Position numbers and translations under genes: made by a program. The notes below the pieces were generated by a model that did no database searches, was not told where the DNA came from, and saw only the letters and a list, made by a program, of their open reading frames with translations. Below are positions 53,975 to 60,517 of a stretch of 60,517 bases of DNA, one piece after another. Source of the stretch: Candidatus Cloacimonadota bacterium (GTDB taxonomy: Bacteria; Cloacimonadota; Cloacimonadia; Cloacimonadales; TCS61); contig JAGLPW010000107.1 of NCBI GenBank assembly GCA_023137125.1, positions 1 to 60,517 of the forward strand, written 5' to 3'. How positions within the stretch are numbered: position 1 is the first letter of the stretch; each line of letters opens with the position of its first letter.

Positions 53975-55276
53975 ATGAAATCGAACAGTTATGAGAGATA
54001 TTATGGGATAACAACTTTCGGTGAGAGTCATGGAAAAGCAATCGGAGTTGTTATCGAAGATGTGAAACCTGGTATTGATTTTCCTTATGAAAAGATCCAG
54101 AATGCCCTAAACAAGCGCAAACCAGGCACAGGGAAATTTTCTTCAACAAGAAATGAGAAAGATGAAATTCAGGTTTTGTCAGGTGTATTCGAAGGCAAAA
54201 CCACCGGTATGCCGATCTGCTTAATTGTATATAATGAAGATGCTCGTGAGCAAGATTATGAACATTTAAAAGACCTGTTCCGTCCTAGTCATGCAGATTT
54301 CTCATATTTTAAAAAATTTAAGATCTATGATCATCGTGGTGGTGGTAGGGCTTCCGGCAGAGAGACTATCTCACGAGTTGCAGCTTCCGGATTAGTTGAG
54401 AATATTTTAGAAGATATCAAGATAAATATTTATCCAATAAAAATTGGGAAATTTGAAACAACTCAAACTGATCTCTCGTTCCAAAACGAATTGTCCTGGT
54501 ACGATAAAACAAACTACAAAGATTTAATTGAGTATTTGAACAATATAAAAAATGAAGGTAACTCGATCGGTGGGATCGTAGAAGTAAAGGTCGCAAATAT
54601 CCCCTCCGGATTGGGAGATCCTGTTTTTGAGAAACTGGATGCAAACCTGGCAAAAGCGATCCTTTCGATAGGAGCAGTGAAGGGAATAGAATTTGGAAAT
54701 GGCTTTAAACTTGCAGCGCTGAAGGGCAACGATGCTAGTGATCAGATGAATAAAGATGGATTTATTACAAATCATAATGGTGGGATTCTGGGTGGAATAA
54801 GCACAGGGAATGAACTCATATTTCGCTTTGTAGTCAAACCTACTCCTTCAATAAATATAATTCAGAAAACAATAACGAAAAATAACGAAGAAGTTGAATT
54901 CAAATCTCATGGAAGACATGACACATGCATTATCCCACGAATTATTCCGGTTGCTAAAGCAATGATAAAGCTTGTTTTAGCAGATGCATTGAGCTTTCAA
55001 AAACTTATCTCGAACAATAAATTAGAATTAACAGATTATCGAGAAGCAATTGATAAAATTGATGAAGATATTTTAATTGCACTCGGAAGAAGGCAAAAAA
55101 TATCTGAACTAATCGGGAGATTCAAACAAGAAAACAAACTTCCGATCGAGAATAAAGATCGCGAAGAAAAGCTTATGAACAAACTGAAACAGAAAGCAAA
55201 GTTATGGGATATCGATGAATCATTTGTTGCAAATATCTGGGATATAATTATCTCAGAAAGCAAAAAAAGACAATGA
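53975..55276 (+). CDS. aroC: Chorismate synthase fused to C-terminal AroQ-type chorismate mutase
   Basis: GESHG, RPSHAD..GGGRASGRET and GRHD core. The C-terminal ~85 aa LTDYREAIDKIDEDILIALGRRQKISELIG... is CM_2-like. Confidence 0.8.
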   Translation: MKSNSYERYYGITTFGESHGKAIGVVIEDVKPGIDFPYEKIQNALNKRKPGTGKFSSTRNEKDEIQVLSGVFEGKTTGMPICLIVYNEDAREQDYEHLKDLFRPSHADFSYFKKFKIYDHRGGGRASGRETISRVAASGLVENILEDIKINIYPIKIGKFETTQTDLSFQNELSWYDKTNYKDLIEYLNNIKNEGNSIGGIVEVKVANIPSGLGDPVFEKLDANLAKAILSIGAVKGIEFGNGFKLAALKGNDASDQMNKDGFITNHNGGILGGISTGNELIFRFVVKPTPSINIIQKTITKNNEEVEFKSHGRHDTCIIPRIIPVAKAMIKLVLADALSFQKLISNNKLELTDYREAIDKIDEDILIALGRRQKISELIGRFKQENKLPIENKDREEKLMNKLKQKAKLWDIDESFVANIWDIIISESKKRQ

Positions 55277-56646
55277 TAATTCTTTCAATTCCATACCTTA
55301 ATAACAATTACGTAATTCAAAAAGCAAAAGAATATCCAAATTATTGGAAAGAATTCCGACTCGATTATTCTACAGATTTTCAAGCTTTCCCACTTGAAGT
55401 AATTGATGAAAAAACAATTCTTACAATTCGCAGTGAAAAGGAAGGTGGAAAATACAGAATTGATATTAATGATAAAATCAAATTTTATAAAGACAGGATC
55501 TCTAATACAAACTGTCTTTGTGATCTTGAGATCAATGAAATTACTGATCAAGATATTTTGCATATTCCCAAAAACAATCTGATCTTATCGTATCATGACT
55601 TCGCTGAAGAAATTGATTTTACAAAATTGAAAGAAATTGTTAGAAAATCGAATTCACTTCCTTCCGGATTCCTAAAAATTGCTGTTAATATTTCAAAATA
55701 TTCAGATTTAATAAGATTATCAAAATTAATACCTGAATCCAATAAACCTGTTATCTTTGCAGGGATGGGAAAACTTGGAAAGATCAGCAGAATATTATTC
55801 CGGTATCTTGACGCTGATGCAACATTTATTGGGCTTCCAAACAATCCAACAGCTAAAGGACAATTAACTACAGAAGAAGCAGAATTTTTCAAACTTAATT
55901 CAATCTCCCAAAAGACACAGATCGGTGGGATAATTGGTGGGAACCAGGTTGAATATTCTCTTGGCATAAAATATTACAACGATCTTTTCACAAAAGAAAA
56001 ACTTGATGCGCTTTATCTTCCTTTTGTAACCGATGATGTTGATGACATGTGGAATTGGATAAATAAAGCAAACATTAATTTCTATGGATTTTCCATCACA
56101 ATGCCTTTCAAGAAAATTATCGGGGCAAAAAAACAGCTCTCTGCTGTGAATTTATTCCTTCCAAAAACCAGTGAAATGTTGAATACGGATCTAACAGCTT
56201 TTCAAAAATCAATAGAAATTTTAAAGATAAAAAAGGCAGAATCTATCCTGATAATTGGAAGCGGAGCAACTGCCGAAATTGCCTTAAGGGCGTTCCAAAC
56301 TTTTGATAATATTACTATTTCCAGTCGAAATGAATTTTCCGGTAATAAATTAGCAAAAGAGAACAATAAAGAATTCACTCAATTAAAATTACTGAAAAAC
56401 TGCAGGTATGATCTTATCATAAATTGTACACCTCTAGGCACAAAAAATGAAGACATTATTGAATTGCTCAAACTGAAGTTGCCTAAAAAAGTCATAGAAC
56501 TGCCTTACAAACAAAAAAATACTTTACTTATTAATAGATGTATCGAAAATGAAATTGATTATATTGATGGTAAGCGCTTCTGGATTCTTCAAGCAAAGGT
56601 CCAACAGCAGAAATTTATAATAACAATACATGCTTTAGGAGGATAG
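55273..56646 (+). CDS. Bifunctional 3-dehydroquinate dehydratase (type I) / shikimate dehydrogenase
   Basis: The N-terminal ~220 aa are AroD-like (ILSYHDF, LKIAV). The C-terminal part is AroE-like (GFSITMPFKK, IIGSGATA). ATGA overlap with aroC. Confidence 0.7.
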   Translation: MIILSIPYLNNNYVIQKAKEYPNYWKEFRLDYSTDFQAFPLEVIDEKTILTIRSEKEGGKYRIDINDKIKFYKDRISNTNCLCDLEINEITDQDILHIPKNNLILSYHDFAEEIDFTKLKEIVRKSNSLPSGFLKIAVNISKYSDLIRLSKLIPESNKPVIFAGMGKLGKISRILFRYLDADATFIGLPNNPTAKGQLTTEEAEFFKLNSISQKTQIGGIIGGNQVEYSLGIKYYNDLFTKEKLDALYLPFVTDDVDDMWNWINKANINFYGFSITMPFKKIIGAKKQLSAVNLFLPKTSEMLNTDLTAFQKSIEILKIKKAESILIIGSGATAEIALRAFQTFDNITISSRNEFSGNKLAKENNKEFTQLKLLKNCRYDLIINCTPLGTKNEDIIELLKLKLPKKVIELPYKQKNTLLINRCIENEIDYIDGKRFWILQAKVQQQKFIITIHALGG

Positions 56647-56647
56647 A

Positions 56648-58213
56648 ATGAAAATCAAAACCATACTCTTTTTTGGAATTAGTCTTTTTTTAATTTCCTG
56701 TTCTATGGTGAAATATACAGAGCAGGCAAAACTAACAATACAAAGTGCAGAAAAAAATAAAAAGCAACTCAAAAAAGCTGCAAAGTACTTTCATAAAAAT
56801 AAACAATCCGATAGATTAGATGCTCTTCTTTTTCTATATGAAAACATGCCAAGTCATTCGTATGTTAAGGTTGGGCTTTTTGATGAAAATGAAGTTGAAG
56901 TAACTTGGAATTTTTCAGAATTTAAAGATTATGATGAAGCAAAGAATAAGATGGATTCGTTGGAGGTAGAATTTGGCGAATTACATTGGAGCAAGAAGGA
57001 AAAGAAAATTGATCATCAAACTATCTCTTCTGAATTTATAATTGATAATATTGATCTCGCTTTTAAGGCTTGGGAAAATAAACCCTGGTCCAAAGAGTAC
57101 GATTACACAATCTTCAAGGAATATATATTGCCTTACCGGGGAAGTAATGAACCAATCGAATCATGGCGTTCATGGCGCGGATATTTCATGGATAGTTATA
57201 AAGATATTGCCTCTCAAATGTTTGATCAGACAGACATAATTGAAGCTGCCGAATTGATAAATAATGATTTGAAAACCTGGTTTAAATTCAATTCAAAATA
57301 TTATCTGCATCCAACCGATCAAGGGCTGTTTGAAATGCTCATGAGTAAAGAAGGCAGATGCGAGGATATTACAAATCTCACAATTTATGCATTGAGAGCT
57401 AATGGAATTGGCGCAACAAGCGATTATACTCCACATTGGGCAAACGCGGGGAATAATCATGCTTGGAATGTAATAATTATGCCAGATGGAAAAGCTACTC
57501 CATTCATGGGTGCTGAATCTGATCCCGGAGAATATAAACTTTCCAGTAAAGCTGCTAAGGTTTATAGAAAAGTTTTTTCTGAGCAAAAAGATAACCTTGC
57601 CTTCAAATTAATTGATGATGAAAAAGCGCCGGCATGGCTTTCCGGTAAGTGTTATAAAGATGTGACAAAAGAATACACGAAGGTTACTGATGTGAGATTA
57701 GAGCTTAATTGTGAATTCCCTGATAGCACATATAATCTTTATTTATGTGTTTTTAATTCCGGGGAATGGAAGGCAATCCATTGGGCAAAGCTGAATAATA
57801 AAACAGCAAATTTTACAGATATGGGAGTTGATATTGCCTATCTACCCATGTTCTACGTCGATGAGAAACTCTTCCCTGCTGCCAATCCGTTTATTCTCAC
57901 AAAGAACGGTGACCAAAAAAATCTTAATGGAAATGATCTATTTGAAAAAGAAGTTGTACTACGCTCTGTAACCAAAAAAAATATCGACCGGTCTAACAAT
58001 GATGGGCGCACAGTATTTTTAGAAAAGGGAGAAAAATATGAGCTCTTCTATTGGGAAGATGGATGGGAATCTTTTGGAACAAAGACTGCAACCGAATCAC
58101 CATTAAAATTCAATGAACTCCCGGCTAAAAGGTTATATTGGTTGGTAAAAGAAAATTCAGATGAAGAAGAGCGAATCTTTACTTATGATAACAACAAACA
58201 GATCTGGTGGTAA
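56648..58213 (+). CDS. Transglutaminase-like lipoprotein
   Basis: Lipobox LISC. Cys-His-Asp core context EGRCEDITNLTIYALRANGI ... NHAWNVI. Confidence 0.65.
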   Translation: MKIKTILFFGISLFLISCSMVKYTEQAKLTIQSAEKNKKQLKKAAKYFHKNKQSDRLDALLFLYENMPSHSYVKVGLFDENEVEVTWNFSEFKDYDEAKNKMDSLEVEFGELHWSKKEKKIDHQTISSEFIIDNIDLAFKAWENKPWSKEYDYTIFKEYILPYRGSNEPIESWRSWRGYFMDSYKDIASQMFDQTDIIEAAELINNDLKTWFKFNSKYYLHPTDQGLFEMLMSKEGRCEDITNLTIYALRANGIGATSDYTPHWANAGNNHAWNVIIMPDGKATPFMGAESDPGEYKLSSKAAKVYRKVFSEQKDNLAFKLIDDEKAPAWLSGKCYKDVTKEYTKVTDVRLELNCEFPDSTYNLYLCVFNSGEWKAIHWAKLNNKTANFTDMGVDIAYLPMFYVDEKLFPAANPFILTKNGDQKNLNGNDLFEKEVVLRSVTKKNIDRSNNDGRTVFLEKGEKYELFYWEDGWESFGTKTATESPLKFNELPAKRLYWLVKENSDEEERIFTYDNNKQIWW

Positions 58214-58231
58214 ATTTATAAAGGAGATAAA

Positions 58232-59539
58232 ATGATATTAAATCCAGTAGAATTAATTATAAAGAAGAAAACCGGAAAAGAATTAACACAAACTGAATTG
58301 GAATATTTTATTAATTCCTATATAAATAATGAGATCCCAGAGTACCAGATGTCTGCAATGCTGATGGCGATCTATTTCAAAAGTATGAAGATCGAAGAAA
58401 TTCAGACCTTAGCAAAAGTATATATCGAATCCGGAAAACAGATCACATTTCCAAAATCTGATAAAACTGTAGATAAGCATTCCACCGGTGGTGTTGGAGA
58501 TAAAATAACCATTATGCTGGCACCAATTGTTGCGGCTTGTGGTGGGAAGATCCCGATGATATCCGGTCGTGGATTAGGTCATACAGGCGGTACATTAGAT
58601 AAACTTGAATCAATTCCCGGTTTTAGAACTGATTTCAATGACACAGAATTCAAAGAAATAATTGAGAAAGTTGGATTTTGCATTATAAGTCAATCAGAAG
58701 AACTGGTCCCTGCCGACCGTAGGATCTACGCTTTGAGGGATGTTACCGGGACTGTGGAAAGTCTGCCGTTAATTACTGCCAGTATAATGAGTAAGAAAAT
58801 TGCTGAAGGCGCACAAAATCTTGTAATCGATCTTAAAATTGGGTCAGGTGCATTTATAAAAGATCTTGAAACCGGCAAAGAACTCGCTAACCTTCTCATA
58901 AAGACCGGAGTAAAATTCGGACAGAAAGTTTCCGTAGTATTTTCTAATATGAATTCCCCGCTTGGTGGATATATCGGTAATGCTTTAGAGATAAAGGAAA
59001 CTATTGAATACTTGCAAGGTAAAGATATTCCGGATATAGATATTTTAACAAAAACTTTAGCTGTAGAAATGCTATTACTCTCTGAAGTTGCTGCCACAGA
59101 AGAAGAAGCTATGACCATGATAGAAGATGTGATAAAAAGTGGTAAAGCTCTGGAATGTTTCAAAGATTCCATCGCTGCTCAAGGTGGAAACCCAGGAATT
59201 TGCGATGATGTATCTCTATTACCTCAAGCTAAATATAAGATCCCAATTATTTCACAAAGATCCGGATGGATAAATTCTATTAATTCCCAACAGATCGGTT
59301 ATGCCCTAATTGAAATAGGGGCAGGTAGAAAAACTCTTGATTCCAAATTAGATTACTCCTCAGGAGCATATCTAACCAAGAAGATCGGTGATGAAATTAG
59401 TGAAGGTGAAACTATTGGATATGTATTCTGTAATAATAAGAGTGAGGGAGAAAATATCATCCCTAAAATACTGAACAGCTATGAGCTGATTAATGAAAAA
59501 GTTCAAAAGGAAAACTTAATTCTCGAAATCTTGAAATAA
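58232..59539 (+). CDS. deoA: Thymidine / pyrimidine-nucleoside phosphorylase
   Basis: DKHSTGGVGDK, SGRGLGHTGGTLDKLE and IMSKK motifs. Confidence 0.9.
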   Translation: MILNPVELIIKKKTGKELTQTELEYFINSYINNEIPEYQMSAMLMAIYFKSMKIEEIQTLAKVYIESGKQITFPKSDKTVDKHSTGGVGDKITIMLAPIVAACGGKIPMISGRGLGHTGGTLDKLESIPGFRTDFNDTEFKEIIEKVGFCIISQSEELVPADRRIYALRDVTGTVESLPLITASIMSKKIAEGAQNLVIDLKIGSGAFIKDLETGKELANLLIKTGVKFGQKVSVVFSNMNSPLGGYIGNALEIKETIEYLQGKDIPDIDILTKTLAVEMLLLSEVAATEEEAMTMIEDVIKSGKALECFKDSIAAQGGNPGICDDVSLLPQAKYKIPIISQRSGWINSINSQQIGYALIEIGAGRKTLDSKLDYSSGAYLTKKIGDEISEGETIGYVFCNNKSEGENIIPKILNSYELINEKVQKENLILEILK

Positions 59540-59610
59540 TTTTGAAATTAAATGAGAAAATATATAATAAAAAGCCCTTCAGATTAAATTGATTTAGATG
59601 ATGATAATTA

Positions 59611-59714
59611 ATGGCGCCATAACTCCCAATTTAAAAGTTATGACGAACCTTTTGGTGTAACTATAGGTTGGTTATGCGCACCTTTTTGGTGGGCGCAGCG
59701 TGCATATGTTACAG
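59611..59714 (+). other. Conserved cassette-array leader B
   Basis: Same three conserved blocks as 25529-25633. Ends in catatG-TTACAGG. Confidence 0.65.
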
Positions 59715-59743
59715 GTAATTAAATATAAAAAATAGGAGATTTT

Positions 59744-60445
59744 ATGAAAAAAACGAAAATTCTTACATATACACTTTCAGTTTTGATTCTATTGATTGTG
59801 AGTTGTACAGATTCGACAGAACCCGATGAAAATGCAAAAATTAATGGTCAGGTAACAAATTCTCTGGGTGAACCAATTTCTGATGCAAAAATAATGCTAA
59901 CTTATTATACTGAGTCAATTGCTACAAGACCACTTACGACTTTTTCGTATGACTTAACTGATTCATTACATATAAAATTATGGATTACTTATCACAATGT
60001 ATCTGATACAGTCAAAGTTTTAATCGACGAGTATCTAGAACCTGGAAATTACAGTGTCCAATGGGATTCTACAAATAGTTATGGACTTATTGAAGTGAGC
60101 AATTATTATGATTGGCATATTAAAATGGGTACTAATCAAATAGACGATAAATTATTATTAAATGTGACATATTCTGATATTACAAGTGATGATGTGAATA
60201 AATATGAATGTTTTGCAATGACTGACGGTAATGGTCATTATGATTTTGAAATTGATAAACTGCCTTTTTCATTTTCTGATAATGAAATTGAGATTACAGA
60301 TGAATATGGCAATGTAATTGATATTGTAAAAGTTAGTAGAACTGTTAAAATTTGGGCTCTACATACAGATTATGATCCTGTTTTTATTGATTCAGTTTAT
60401 ATAAATGAGAATTCGATAACTGAAGGTAATCTAAGCTTTGATTGA
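59744..60445 (+). CDS. Hypothetical lipoprotein (CarboxypepD_reg-like N-terminus?), cassette-borne
   Basis: Lipobox LIVSC. INGQVTNSLGEPISDAKIML resembles the start of a carboxypeptidase-regulatory-like domain. Confidence 0.6.
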   Translation: MKKTKILTYTLSVLILLIVSCTDSTEPDENAKINGQVTNSLGEPISDAKIMLTYYTESIATRPLTTFSYDLTDSLHIKLWITYHNVSDTVKVLIDEYLEPGNYSVQWDSTNSYGLIEVSNYYDWHIKMGTNQIDDKLLLNVTYSDITSDDVNKYECFAMTDGNGHYDFEIDKLPFSFSDNEIEITDEYGNVIDIVKVSRTVKIWALHTDYDPVFIDSVYINENSITEGNLSFD

Positions 60446-60453
60446 GAAACTAC

Positions 60454-60517
60454 CTGTAACAAGCGTGTCAGCGGTTGGGTCAGTTGGTGTTTTTCGTCTG
60501 AATCGTTCCGATTCAGG
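60454..60517 (+). repeat. attC-like site (5' part; cut by window end)
   Basis: CTGTAAC-aag-cgtgtcagcgg-ttgggtcagttggtg...tctgaatcgttccgattcagg. About 80 percent identical to the first 64 nt of site 3. Confidence 0.75.

Larger units (their letters stand above)
59709..60517 (+). mobile_element. Integron-like cassette array B (first cassette; continues beyond window)
   Basis: The cassette start TTACAGGTA is the reverse complement of TACCTGTAA in its own attC-like 5' box at 60451-60460. Confidence 0.7.

Noticed and set aside
58726-59172. 148-aa minus-strand ORF. Similar cases occur at 51260-51616, 51704-51997, 52779-53207 and 53263-53958.
   Set aside because: They are antisense to well-supported housekeeping genes (deoA, folP, exbD, exbB).

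Overview
AT-rich bacterial window. Many secreted proteins end in a T9SS-type C-terminal sorting domain (NPFNP..ISF...YNIKGQ...LLLK), which suggests an FCB-superphylum or Cloacimonadota-like genome; this is inference only. There are three blocks. (1) 1-5588, minus strand: a group-4 membrane-bound [NiFe] hydrogenase operon led by sulfhydrogenase/AsrAB-like NAD(P)H-type modules. (2) 5.9-31.9 kb: an accessory region bounded on the right by tRNA-His and containing two decayed copies of the tRNA-His 3' end. It holds T9SS cargo genes, a sigma-like regulator, an envelope operon of unknown function, a hydrolase pair, a secreted nuclease and a gene-cassette array. (3) 31.9-59.5 kb: four tRNAs and housekeeping genes (rng, rplU, rpmA, PEPCK, AI-2E transporter, REC-PAS and GAF-PAS-HD-GYP signalling proteins, coaE, cdaA, folP, TonB/ExbBD, fused shikimate-pathway genes, thymidine phosphorylase). 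The main finding is an integron-like cassette system. Imperfect palindromic attC-like sites of 50 or about 125 nt follow individual genes. Each cassette's first 9-13 nt are the reverse complement of the 5' box of its own downstream site. One array lies at 25.6-31.7 kb (+), a second starts at 59.7 kb behind the same conserved ~105-nt leader, and related sites lie on the minus strand among the T9SS cargo genes. No integrase is visible in the window. Two cassettes encode proteins with HEPN-like Rx4H motifs and are candidate toxin or defence genes. All calls come from reading the sequence and from motif recognition; no database search was possible.
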